Source: Lama glama
Taxonomy: Eukaryota
NCBI GenBank assembly: GCA_028534125.1
Contig: CM052817.1
Span: 97,900,001 to 97,964,000 of the forward strand
Length of the DNA stretch: 64,000 nt
Reading direction: 5' to 3'
Below the pieces are notes generated by a model. It was not told the origin of the DNA. It worked only from the letters and a program-made list of their open reading frames with translations, and ran no database searches. Below are positions 1 to 12,381 of this stretch, piece after piece. Both the position numbers and the translations under genes were made by a program. Within the stretch, counting starts at the first letter, position 1. Every line of letters begins with the position of its first letter.

Positions 1-730
1 GACTTAATAGAATGTCACCACTTGACTCTAACCAAGCATTGGGCAAATGGTGGAGAGAAGCTTGGCTTCACTGTGTTTAATGGGAAAAACATACCATTGC
101 TTCTGTGATTGATTCTTTGACAATCAAGGGCCTTACTTGTTCCCAGCAACACAACTCAACAGAAGAGGAAAGCTGGGCTGAGGGTGGCCAAGTGACTGGC
201 ACAGTCACTCAGGGGCTGAGTTGGGACTTGACTGTCCACTTGTGATTCAGAGACAGCCTCAGAATAAAGATGTTATCTAAGAAAACTGTGACATCTCTTA
301 TGACATTCTTATTTTACAGTGTACTCATCATTATTATGTTTTCTGAGTTCCCTAGACTCTGTCATAGATATGACCATGGTTATCAACAATGTTCGCCTCG
401 CATAACATGGTCAAACATCTTCCCAGGTATGAGGCTCAGTGGTGACCTCCACCCAGCTTGAACATTAACCTGAAACTATTTCTGGGCCAATAAAGTTTTT
501 ATCCACATTATGAAATATATTGTTCCCTCTTTGCTGGTTCCACTCCTGACGTGTCTTGGATGCCTTATCTACCATTCTATCTTCATGAGCAAAGCAGTCA
601 CGGGGTTCCTGTGCCCTATGGCCCTACTTAGAACTCCCCAGAAACTTAGACTCCTATGTGAGGAGAGGCAGCTGTAAGCACATTCTATTTTAATTCTTTA
701 AAAGTAAATAATTTAAGTCACTTCCTTTTT

Positions 731-793
731 TATTGTATTATACTGTACTGTATTGTATTGTATTGTATTGTATTGTATTGTATTGTATTGTAT
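731..793. repeat. (TATTG)n pentanucleotide microsatellite
   Basis: Run of tattg units with degenerate tactg units at the 5' end, directly visible. Confidence 0.95.
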
Positions 794-794
794 T

Positions 795-1390
795 TGAATA
801 AGCAATACATTTGCATGGTTCAAAGACATTCAAAAGTAAATGAGATAGAATATAGGGAAAAATTTCCCTCCACCTTTTCTCTTTGTCAACCAGTTCTCCC
901 TGTAGGCAGATTAAGTTTCTTATACATTCTTCCAAAGTTATTTTATACATACACAAGTGCATGTGTGTGTGTACATATATGTATACTTACGTTTATTCAC
1001 CCTTTGTGCAAAAATGATTGCATTCTATATGTGCTATTTTGTTACCTTGAGTTTTCCATTTTATACTTTATCTTGGAACTCTTTCCTTAGAAGTATGTAA
1101 AATAGTTCCTTATTTTTATTATGGCTGTAGAGTATTCCATTGTCTGGCTGTATTATAGTATGTTTAACCTGTCTGCCACTAGTGAAAACTTAGATGTTCT
1201 TTTCAACAGTTGTTATTACCAAAGAGTTGAAATAACCCTCTACATTGGTTATTTTATTTGTATGTGAAAATATATTTCAACTGGGAAAATTCCGAGCAGT
1301 AGAATCACTAGGTTATGGTATAAAGGGGATTTTTTTTTTTTGCAAGTAAGGGCACTTATTTTGATAGGTATTGCCAAATTCCCTTCATAT
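795..1390 (-). mobile_element. Old L1 (L1ME-type) 3' UTR fragment
   Basis: Motifs 'atacatttgcatggttcaaa', 'atggctgtagagtattccattg' and 'ttttgataggtattgccaaatt' are typical of antisense L1ME 3' ends. Confidence 0.7.
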
Positions 1391-2774
1391 GAACATTAGT
1401 TGACTGATTACCATACAGAACCTGCTTGTCTTCTTACAGTCCTGTGAATCTAAGTACATGTGCTTTGTTGTTTTCGGTTTAGGAAGAGAATTTTTATCAA
1501 GAAAAGGGAGAATAAACTAAGAGTAATACCAGTAGCCAATATTTCCTTAACATTAGTATGTTCTAGGCATTGTTCTAAGGGCTTTACTTTGATCAGTGGG
1601 TAGATATTTCATCCACTCCTCCTTCAGTCCCCCAGACAAGAATTCTCCACATTCAGCTCAAGATATTTCCCAGTAATTATACAATAAAAAGTAAAATTTG
1701 AGGAGGGTATTTTCTTTCAATTTTTTAATCTTCAAATCTTTTTTCATTGATGGGTTGAAAGAATATGGGTTTCTTCCTTATTTACAGCCTGCTTCCTTCT
1801 TCCTTTTGGCCATCCTGCCACTTTTCTTCCTCCTAACCTTCCTCCCAGATGCAGACTTCTCTGAATACCACCACAGCACAACCCTGTGTGAAGGAACAGA
1901 TCCTCACAGCATCTCATGGATAGCATCTCTTTATTTCCACATAAAGCATGTGATGGGCTTGCTCCTACCAGAGTGTTGGGCAGCTGTTGATTTCTGTGTT
2001 CTCTTACCAAGAATTTCTTTTCCACTTACCAAGAATGAGTCATTTTCCTAGATCTTAATTTCAATTTTCTTGTATTGGTTGACTGTCTATTTAGAACTTG
2101 TTTTCTCATTAAACACAGCTCTAATCTCAGTACGATTTACTCTTAGGGACAATGAGCAGTGAACAAGAGTAGGAAGAACTTCACTGTGGCTGCCATGTGC
2201 CAGGCTCTGTTCTAAGTGCTTTGCACACTGTTCTTGGGGTACAAAGCTTAACATGCCTTCCCATATCCCTCAACCACGTCTTTCTCTTTCAACGTGCAGC
2301 TTGCATCAGGCACCTCTCCATTTTGAGATCTGGCGGAGGCATGGGGTGTGGCTTCCAAGATGTCTGCCAAGGGATCAGATGAGGCTTTTGGTAGAATAAG
2401 GGAGTTGGCTCTCTACAGAGTGAACCAGTTGGAGTTCAAGTAGCTGAAAGGAACCAAAAAGATAAATCCCCCTCCATTATCTTATTTGTGGACTGCACAC
2501 AGCACAGCTCCTTTTGGCAACCCTTCCACAGAAATCCAGTTTCAGTCCCCTTCGTTGAAAGAATGTTGGCTGAGCCACATTCTGTGTCTTCCTGGCTGTT
2601 TGTGGAGGAGTCAGTACGGCGAGAGTCATGCTGAATCACATTGTAGCTTCTCTTGTTTTATTTTCCTTTTACCCTCACTGTTGCCATCTTAGCCTTATAA
2701 CACCTCCAAGAACTAGCCTCACCATAACATTTGTCTCTGCATCTTTCCAGAGGCCCCCAGCTGAGATCTAACAC

Positions 2775-2952
2775 ACAACTAATTTAGTCCTCACAAGAAC
2801 AAGAACTCTATTAGATAGATACTACTCTTCCCTGTTTCAAAGGTGATGAAACTAGGGGGCTTAAATGACTTGCTCAAGGTCACCAAGTAACTTTGTGGCA
2901 GAAATGGATTTCAATCTAGTCTGCATCCAGTATCCATGCTCTTAACCATTGC
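2775..2952 (-). mobile_element. MIR SINE
   Basis: Antisense MIR core 'aatttagtcctcacaag...gatgaaact...aaatgacttgctcaaggtcac...gctcttaaccat'. Confidence 0.8.
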
Positions 2953-5900
2953 TCTCAGCTGCCTTCCAATATAAAGCCTCTCAGAGCTGAGATGTGGAAC
3001 AATTCCTAGGCTCATACATCAGCTGAGTGACTTGTCCCCGAGCAACTTCTTTGCATCATAAGATTCAAATTTGAACCTCAGCAAAGTGATAATTTGTTAT
3101 ATATCATGGACCCCTGGAGATTGTTCTGGAAATGTAGGAACTGATGGTTGCAACTGAATTCCAAGGGGTTGTTGTGTTTACTTCCTTACCACATGTACTT
3201 TTCTGGAAAGTGTAAGATAGCACACACTTGCAACAACCCATTTAATAATCACAGTTTCTAGTCTAAGCATTGGGATGTATAGCCTGACGTGTGTGGCATC
3301 CCAATATCTCTTCCATGCTGGGAAGAAAAGTGACCCAGGAAATTGAGAGACATGGTTATAGTACATACATATGTATCATTAAAGCTAGTGGACATAAGGA
3401 AAAAGATCTGAAAGAATTTTTTTCACAGAACTTTCTGTTAGGATAAGGTTACCCTCCCTTCCACGCCTGACCTGCAACTTTCAGGAAGCCTGAGCTTAAC
3501 TGCTTTGATTTACTCTCATAATAAGGTGATCAGTTAATGTAAAAGGCTGACTTTATAAGGCCTGTCTTCAAATACTGTTGGAGATTTCTGTGGTAAGAGA
3601 GCTGTATTGTCACTACTCTAAAAAGGTCATTGGAAAAGAATCAGAGACAGCATAAAGGATGGTTTACACGTCAGGAGACTCTGTAGAACAGGCACAGGAT
3701 GTTGAACATCCGACCTCTTGAGGTTTGGTGCAGATGTTATGTAGTAAATATAGTTTGACTTGTTGCTCTGTAGATTCTTTCCCTGTCAAAAATTACACTC
3801 TTTGAAGCCCATCTCTATGCCCTGTCCTGTGACTGAATGAGAAGGTCCTGGAGAAACCTCAAATGTTACAGAGTGAAATGCATTGAATGGTAATTAGGGT
3901 CTGTCAGAGCTGTTTCATGACCCTGCATGACCAGTTCCTGGAGTCAAAGTTCATAATGACAATTCTTGTTCTGGAATCAGGTGTTTAAAATAAAAGAGAG
4001 CAATATTAAAGAGGATCCCAGTTAGAGATGTTCTTGACGCCATAGTTTGGCACTGACTGACCACTGAGATGGGTGGAAAAGTTTCAATGTGCGTCTGGGT
4101 TTGTCAGGCATGAGAATAGCCTATTTGCTGTTGGGTCTCTAAGCATGACGTTATGTGGGTATGTGTGACTTGCTGGCCATCTGAGACAGGTGTTGACTTT
4201 CTAAAGCTGGTGTCTCTCCCCAACCAACATCCACCTTCCTCCCAGGCTCTGTGGGTTTGCCAGGGCCATTGTTTGTCATTTGTTCAGTTTTCAGCTTTCT
4301 GAGATAATATGGCGACACACAAGACCACAGCTGTGCCTCTTCTCAAATCCTTTCGTGTTTAGACTTGGTTTTTGTTTAACTAGGAGAAATTTACCATAAA
4401 ATTCACCATTTTCTGAGTATGGCTGGCAGAGCCAAACACGATGGCAAGGTCACCTGGCTTCTAAAGAGGCTTAAATCCTGAAAGGCCAGTTTGCAAGCCT
4501 CACATATTTTATCGCTGACACCAAGCTGGGAAAGAAGTGAGAATATTTTGATCACTGGGTACGGGCCTTTGCGGCAGATGGTCTCTTCAGCAGTATTCCA
4601 CTTGGGGGGGTCAGTGGGGGAGAGAGGAGGATATCCAAATAGAATATATAAAGTCAAAGAGATACAAACTTGGCCTCATTTTACAAGGTTTTGTGCCAAA
4701 CCTTGGAACACCCATGCGTCTCCAGTCCAGCGGGTAGAGGTTCCCTGTCTGCGCAGTGTGATGGGGATGACAGTTCATTTAAACAGTCTGCTGGGAGGAT
4801 TTGCTAGGGTAGAAACCCAGAAGCCAGGGAGGGTAAACAGGATGGGAAAATGTGTATTCCCATACTATCGGGCGTGAAGGTGCGGGCTTACAGTTACGCC
4901 TGCAGAAGCCCCGGGTGGGAAGAACATTGTCAGAGGCATGTGTCTATGGAAAAGCTTCGAGAAATGCAGCCAAGAAAAGAGCTGGATCATCTGACTTCAC
5001 CTTAGGTGACTTTGCCTAGGACTGAAATCCCCAGCCCAGCTCCTTGTCCTAAGACCTGGGTACTGCCGGCTGACCGGCTGGCTGGCAGGAGTCCAGAGAC
5101 TGAGCTGCTTGGAAGATTTGGCCCCACCCTCACCCGCACTAAACAACCATTATGATCATGCAAATGCACTTAGAAAAAGACTGAGACAGGACCAGCTACC
5201 AAGCCAAGCTGGGGCTCTCTCAGGTCACAGGATTCTGCCAACTCCAGCTCACTCAGTTTTTTGTCTTGATTTTATTTATTTATTTGCCTGGAAACTGCAG
5301 CTTTTTGTGTATGAAAACTCTTAGGCAGAAGCAAGAAAGTCATCTGGGGGAAAATCATTTTTCCCAAGGGCCCGACGGTACAGATGTTGACAGAGGGAAG
5401 ACCAGAGAATGACATCAGTGTCATTAGAAGGGGTCACCATTGCCTTCTGGTCCTCCCGGTTGAAGATATCTTTCCCAGGCAGCTTCAGTTATTGGTGGAC
5501 TTGAACTTGGGCTAACCTCAGTTGTCTCAGATGGCAGAGGCCACCTTGAGGTTCCTCACAAGGCGGGCAGGTGAGCCGTTACACAGCAGTGCCTCCCTGA
5601 TCACCAGCAAAGGCACTGTTAGCTCTGGGGCTGACACTTCTGAGCAGTAGCTGTGTTGCTGCTAAGACTTGCGCCGCTCTTGAGGGGAGAGGTGAGAAGC
5701 AGCTGGCCCCCAAGGAACACGCTGCTTATAACTTACATGTACATTGTGATTTGCTTTTTTTTTTTTTTTTTTTGCTCTTAACATGGAAAGACCGACTGAA
5801 GCCCCAAGGTAATTATTCAGAGTTAGTAGTTTGCAGTACCGTTCCCCTTACATAAGAAGGGACAGGACGAGAAGACGACTCAGAAGATGAGCTTTCTTTC

Positions 5901-6577
5901 CTTGGTGCCCTCATATAACAAAATGATAACAGACTGCCTATTACAGTGGCTTCATGTCCATGCCTAGAGTTTATCTTGGCAACAAGTATGCAAGTGTCTC
6001 TGTCCCAGGTATGGAAACTGAGTTTAAAAGGTCAAAGGATGTGCCCAGAGCAAGGCAGCTCATTAACAGAGAGTTGGAATGAAACAGGCACAAATGTAGG
6101 GTTTCTGAAACAAAGCCTGGCTTTCTTCTGCCTTTTCCACAGCTGCCTCACTTTTGTAGAGAAAGTGCTAAGTGAGTACATTACTGTGAAACCTGTAGAT
6201 TTTTAACTGGGGAATGTTTAAAATGGAAATTAGCCTCGTACCAAATGAGGCTAATTTTCCCTCTTTGGGAGAGATTAGATCGGGAAAAGCCGTAGCAGCA
6301 GCCAGGATGAGTCTGATCTGAACAGGAGACATCCTACCTGGCCCTCCCTTCCCACCTCTGCCCCCTGCCCCTTCTGGAGCAGTGAGGCGACTGGAGGAAA
6401 GGGTATTTTTGCATGTCTTTGGTACATGTTGCCAGTCAACTTCCATCTTTTGCTGCAGTTGTGCAGTTTAGGTCCTGGGTAGGAGGTAAGACAGGAACTT
6501 GGAGTTTCTCTGTCCTTCCTGAAGCTTCTAGAAAACTGAAAATGGAGGGTTAAGATGTTCAATTCACTTCTATGTTT

Positions 6578-7112
6578 ACTTTCAACTTTTTATATAATTT
6601 CAGACATTCAGAAAAGTTACCCAAATAATATACAGAATTCCAACATATATTTCATCCAATTGTTAACATTTTCTTCTCCTCTCTTTTTTTCTATACATGT
6701 ACAGATACAGATATATCTGTATCTGTCCAGACCAATGCATATTTTTTCTGAACTTATGAGAGTAAGTTGCTCATATGGTTCTCTTTGACCTCTAAAATTC
6801 TACTGTGTGCTAATTCCTAAAAATCAGCACATAACCATAGTGCAAATATCAAACTCAGGAATTTAACACTGATGCAATAATATTTGCTAAGCAATAGACC
6901 TTATTAGATTTTTGCCAGTTGTCCCAATATTATTTATAACAAAAGAAGCGACTAGATCACGCTTTGCATTCAAGAGCCGTGTCCCTCTACTTTTCTTCAA
7001 TCTGTACGTTTCTCAGTCCTTCTTTGACTTTGATGGCCTCGACACTTTTGAAGATTACAAGTCAGTAATTTTGTAGACTGCCTCTCACTTTGGGCTCATC
7101 TGATGATTCATT
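6578..7112 (-). mobile_element. Old L1 (L1MB/L1MC-type) 3' end fragment
   Basis: 'tataatttcagacattcagaaaagtt...' through 'ttttgaagattacaagtcagtaattttgtagactgcctctcactttgggctcatctgatg'. Confidence 0.75.
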
Positions 7113-7883
7113 CTGGTTGAATTCTAGAACTGAAAAGAAAGTCAATAATAAAAGCATAAATAAATAAATATCCTAGATTAGGTGAAAAGCTTGTTTGTTT
7201 CTTTTCCATTTTTCCCTGTTTTACTATTTTCTATCATTTAGTACCAATGTTCTTTAGATCAAAAACACTGTATACATAATAAGTGCTCATTTTTTTAACT
7301 AACAAATCCTGCTTTGTTGCTCCTAAAATTTTCTCACCACTTTCTCCTTTTTGAAGCATAGTGTTTTTGCCCCTTTGTCTTCTTTCTCATTTGTTTCTTG
7401 CACATTTCCAAGAATGCTTTTGTGTCTCTGGTTTCCCTAGATGTATAAACTGTATAAACTTTCCCTTTCCCTATGCACCTGCTCTCTAAGTCCCTTTTGT
7501 GCCATGTTGAAAACACTCTTCTGCTTAGGGTGATTGTTTCTCATTTGCTTAGTGAAGTGACCTGAAGGGCATGAATCCACGTGGTATTTAGTGGAGTGTG
7601 TAAGCATTACAAGATCTCTTGGAAACGAGCTCTGAAAGTCTGAGAGTCATTAGCAGGGCCGGACGGAGGGGGCTGTGTGGAACAAGTAGGCTGCACTCAT
7701 TTGGAAGCGGAGCACTTTCTGCTTCTTTTTAATGCTGAGCTGAAGGTTGTGAGAGGGCTCAGCAGCAATTTCCTGGGTGCTCTCCATGTACCCTTCCTCT
7801 CTACCAACCCATCCTACATACCCCATCCCACACAGCAGAGTAAGGTCAGAGTGGGGAGAGGAATTATCAAAAGCACATTCTGA

Positions 7884-8093
7884 GATTTGCAGATACTGAC
7901 TGGTATACATAAAATAAACAAGTTTCTACTGTACAGCACAGGCAACTATATTCGATATCCTGTAGTAGCTTATGGTGAAAAAAATATGAAAACGAATATA
8001 TGTATATTCGTGGATGACTGAAGCATTGTTCTGTACACCAGAAATTGACACAACATTGTAAACTGACTATACCTCAATAATAATAATAAAAAA
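7884..8093 (+). mobile_element. 5'-truncated young L1 3' tail (artiodactyl/camelid type) with poly(A) and 15-bp TSD
   Basis: 'ctgtacagcacaggcaactatattc...tgtacaccagaaattgacacaacattgtaaactgactatacctcaat' plus A tail; exact direct repeat AAAAGCACATTCTGA at 7869-7883 and 8094-8108. Confidence 0.92.
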
Positions 8094-10017
8094 AAAAGCA
8101 CATTCTGAAATTACCAGAGAAAGAAAAGAGGCGCTCTCGTCTGGAGGGCAGGAGAAAACAGACTGAAGGTACATCCATTCTGCTCTCCCTGTGTTATCAT
8201 CGGATGCTGATTAGAGACAGTGACAAGAGGAAAGTCAGGCTGTGGAAGTTACAGTTTGCTGTAGAAAGAAGGGGGTAGGAACTGTAGGAAAAATACAGTA
8301 GCTAAAAATGAAGTGTGCATTTCCTCTGCCCCCACAGACTTGGAAATGCTTCCAAGTGGTGTCATGCAGAGTGAGTTTTGTGGGTTGTCTCGGATTCATG
8401 CCCATACTCCTGCATCCTTGCTCCTGGAGATGATGTATCAGAGGGGAGGTCAACATGACACGGGTTGATGAAAGGGCTGTTATCTAAAGGTTATTATAAC
8501 TATTGCTGTCGAGCCAAGTTTTATGCCTTCCTTTTTATTGGTAATTCAAAATTTAGGGTCTATGATTTGGAAGGATATACAAAAAGTAAGTGATAGAGAC
8601 CCCGTGAAAAGGCAAGTTCCCTTAATTTATGTTCCTCAGGTCCTCATGCTAGATGTATTTGCCTGCACATACGACAGAGAGCAGTAACATTAACTCAATG
8701 ATGTTGAAATGTTCAACCGCTAAAGGCCGTGGACAGAGAACCAAATCATGGTTATAAAAAGAGGAACCTGAAAACATTTTTTACATGAATAAATATGTTA
8801 TTTGAACCCTTACTCTATAATAGCTGCTTTCCTGTTTTATTCTGGACCCTCTATATGTTTAGACTGATCTTTATCTGTTTTAGTGCAGGGTCGTATGAAT
8901 TTTCAAAGTTTTAATGTTTTCACATACTTAAGGATTCAATTCACACCCATTTAGCCTCTAGGATGCCTAAGATACTGGGCTCCATGTACTGGAGGACAAA
9001 GTGAGAACCAACACATGGCCTCAGCTCTAAGCATGCCCTCTTTTAGTTAGAGGGCTAGCCATACAGAGATCCTGAAAACAAGCAAATGTAACAAAGTAAG
9101 AAAACTTAGGGGAAGTCATTTTAACTTCCTCACATTCAAAGGCAAACCCAGTGGAAAATGCTCCCAGCTCCTTCCAAGGCTCACTTTGCCTGAAACACTC
9201 TTTATACTCACAGGACTGTGTAGGTCGCACACAGCCTGTCTTTCCGTCTGCAAAGAGAAGAGGGGTGAAGAGGTATTTTTGATGAAACAGGAAATGGGGG
9301 TCAAATCCAAGGTTGGTGTTTCTAGAACTCGGAAATCTAAGGCAAATCAGATAAAGTTTTACAAACATAAAACATCTTTATACATAAAGATACTGAGAAG
9401 CAATGATGATAGGCCTGCCTGCATAATGGACGCATTTTAGAACAAAAGGCAAAATCAGCAGAAAATTTTTCATACAATAGGATGTAAAGACATCATCTAT
9501 GCCTGCACTGACCTACATACTGTTTCTTATCAGCCCCTTCCTGCAGCACAGGAACTCTTTGCAAATGCAGACAAAATTATGAACAGCTGTGGGTCTAAAC
9601 AAGGATACTCTAAGAGATGAGATGAAGGTAAAATTATAGCAAGAAATTTGAGAATGAACTGAGAGAATAATTATTTCTAATTACAAACTGAAAACATACA
9701 CTAAGGAAAGTTTACAAGGTACGGATAACAAAATTACAATATAAAAATCATTTACAAAGTCCAACACTCTGATTACCTGTTTGTTATACCATGTGGTTTG
9801 TCCTCCCAGATACGTGTAGACATATGGAAGTATTAATAGAAATACTGGAGCATTTATTTAACAATATGATACATCAGTCTGTCTGTCTTTTTCTGTTCTT
9901 CTATCTATGTTATCTCTATCTTCATGATGATATTTATTGGTGTATTATACTATTATGTTGACATATTATAATTTATTTATCCAATACTTTATTATTGAAA
10001 GTTATATTTCTGTAGTT

Positions 10018-10438
10018 GTTTTTTTGATTGAAGTATAGTTGATTTACAATATTGTGTTATTTTCTGGTGTATGGCATAGTGATTAGTTTTATATATTTTT
10101 ATATATATATATATTCTTCTTTTGTATTCTTTTTCTTTATAGGTTATTACAAGGTATTGAATATAGTTCACTATGCTACATTGTAGAACCTTGTTGTTTA
10201 TCTACTTTATATATAGTAGTTAGTATCTACAAATCCTGAACTCCTAATTTATCCACCCCCCTTTCCCCTTTGGTAACCACAGGTTTGTTTTCTATGTCTG
10301 TGAGTCTGTTTCTGTTTTATAAATAAGTTCATTTGTCACATTTTTTTTTTAGATTTCACATATAAGTAATCATGTGATATTTATCTTTCTCTGTTTGACT
10401 TACTTCACATAGTATGATAATCTCTAGTTCCATCCGTG
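10018..10438 (-). mobile_element. 5'-truncated L1 3' tail (artiodactyl type) with TSD
   Basis: Poly(T), then 'gaagtatagttgatttacaatattgtgtta...ttacttcacatagtatgataatctctagttccatcc'; TSD TATATTTCT(G/A)TAGTT at 10003-10017 and 10439-10453. Confidence 0.9.
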
Positions 10439-11141
10439 TATATTTCTATAGTTTTCAAACATTTCTTTTTATATAGGTATAATAATATCTACAATGTGTT
10501 AGATGTTCAGTATCCTCCATGCACCTTATTCAGTAATAAGTTTATTGAGCAGTCTCAACTTGTTGGGTCTTGACCTGGAACAAATTTATTTTTCTGCAGT
10601 CACTCCCCACCAGGCTTGCAATTTTAGATCTTTGTTCTTCGCTGCAAAGCAGTCTCATGGGTGACATCTAACGAAAATTTCATAACTTTCTCATGATTTT
10701 TAATTATTAAACCACTGCCCAGTTCAAAACTCGAATTTGAGTCCAGGAGAATCCTTCTGAGGGCCTTGTGGGGATCACTCCAGGATGGAGATGCCTGCTC
10801 TGGAAAAGCGAGAGATTGAATCTGGATGAGCAGCCCCCAACCCCTCAGCCCCCACGTCCTAGAGTCTTTGCTCCAGAGTGTGGGCCACTGGCAAGATGGC
10901 GGCTCAAGCTTGACTATCTCCAGCATTGTTGCTTGGCACACAGACACTCAGGCATTGGGCCCCCCAAAATTAGGGTATACAGGTTGCCCTGTTGCCTGCC
11001 GCCTCTCTTTCTACTCTGCTCCCTCCAATTTCTTCTTTTTTGTGTCAGGTAGTCACAAATTGATCAAACAGTTAACTACCCAAATGACAACTTCCCCTAC
11101 TTGAACAAATCCATAATCTTTTCAAGTGATTCACTTGGTAC

Positions 11142-11499
11142 TGCTTTAGTCTGCTTGGGCTGCTGCAACAAAGCACCACATATTGGTGGCTTATAAACAA
11201 TAGAGTTTTATTTCTCACAGTTCTGGAAGCTGAGAAAACCAAGATCAAGATGGGCTCGGTGTCTGGTGAGGGTTTACTTCCTGGTTTATAGATGGCGTCA
11301 CCTCACTGTGTCCTCACATGATGGAAGGGGAGAAGCAGCTCTCTGGGTCTTCTTTTATAAGGACGCTAACTGCACTCATGAGGGCTCTGCTCTCATGATC
11401 TTATCACCTCTCAAGGGTGCTAACTCCAAATAACATTGTATTGAGGATTGGGTTTCAACATATGAATTTTGGGGGAACACAAACATTCAGTTAGCAGCA
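11142..11499 (-). mobile_element. MLT1A-type MaLR solo LTR
   Basis: 'ttagtctgcttgggctgctgcaacaaagcaccac...atttctcacagttctggaagctg...tttcaacatatgaattttgggggaacacaaacattcag'. Confidence 0.88.
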
Positions 11500-11684
11500 G
11501 GGCCCCACCCATCAAACCCCTCCCCAATTTAGTTAAAGCCCCCTGGGGGAATAAAAAACCCCAGAGTCATGCCCCTACTCTTACCTCCAGTGAGCTGACA
11601 GCGCACTACCGTGAAGATCTTTTCCTCTTTTCCCTTACCTGTCTCTTGCTTGTGCAGACTACAGTTTATATAGATGGTCTGGGT

Positions 11685-11855
11685 AAATGTTTCTCAAACC
11701 TTATTACTCCCATGAGCTCACTCACCTCAGGCACTTATTAAAATGAAGATTATAATCCCATAGTGCTGGGGTGGGGCCTGAGATTCTGCATTTCTAGCAG
11801 GCTCCCAAGTGAGACTGATGCTACTGATCCATGAATCACGAGTTGATTAACAAAG
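11685..11855. mobile_element. MER5A (hAT-Charlie non-autonomous DNA transposon)
   Basis: 'tttctcaaac...ctggggtggggcctgagattctgcatttctagcaggctcccaagtgagactgatgct' is the characteristic MER5A core. Confidence 0.8.
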
Positions 11856-12044
11856 GTCTAGCTGTTATGGGTGATTGTGGCCAGGCTGTTTTTGCTCCAT
11901 TTTGGAAGGCCCTGGAGGACCTTGTGGCCCTGATTGCTGACGGCACATCTGCAAATATGTGGTTCTAAGTCTTGATCCTTGGACTAAGGCTCTATTGTTG
12001 ACTTCAGTTGACCCAAAAAACTCCCTCATTATCTTCTTTCACAT

Positions 12045-12155
12045 GTATTACTTTATTTCATCGTCACATAAACATTAGTGTCATTATCTCTGTTTTTCCA
12101 ATGAAGAAACTGAAGCTTTGAGAAGTTGAATAACTCTTTCAAACTCTCATAGCTA
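12045..12155 (-). mobile_element. MIR fragment
   Basis: 'cattatctctgtttttccaatgaagaaactgaagctttgagaagttgaataact'. Confidence 0.6.
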
Positions 12156-12307
12156 TATATATACACATACATATATCAAAAACAAACAAAAAAAACCCAA
12201 CAAAAAAAGAGTTCTAATTTCTCTCAACCCTTTTCCCCAAGGGTTATTGCTAGTTCAACAGTGTCTCACACCCTGGCCCAATTTTCCCAAAAACTACTGT
12301 GGAGTTT

Positions 12308-12310
<3 letters not shown>

Positions 12311-12363
<53 letters not shown>

Positions 12364-12381
12364 CAACAACAACAACAACAA
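12311..12381. repeat. Compound microsatellite (AAT)~16(AAC)~7
   Basis: Directly visible; it explains the poly-N ORF at 12299. Confidence 0.97.

Noticed and set aside
738..1090. ORFs with NTIQY and YCIVL repeats
   Set aside because: They are translations of the (TATTG)n microsatellite plus an L1 3' UTR.
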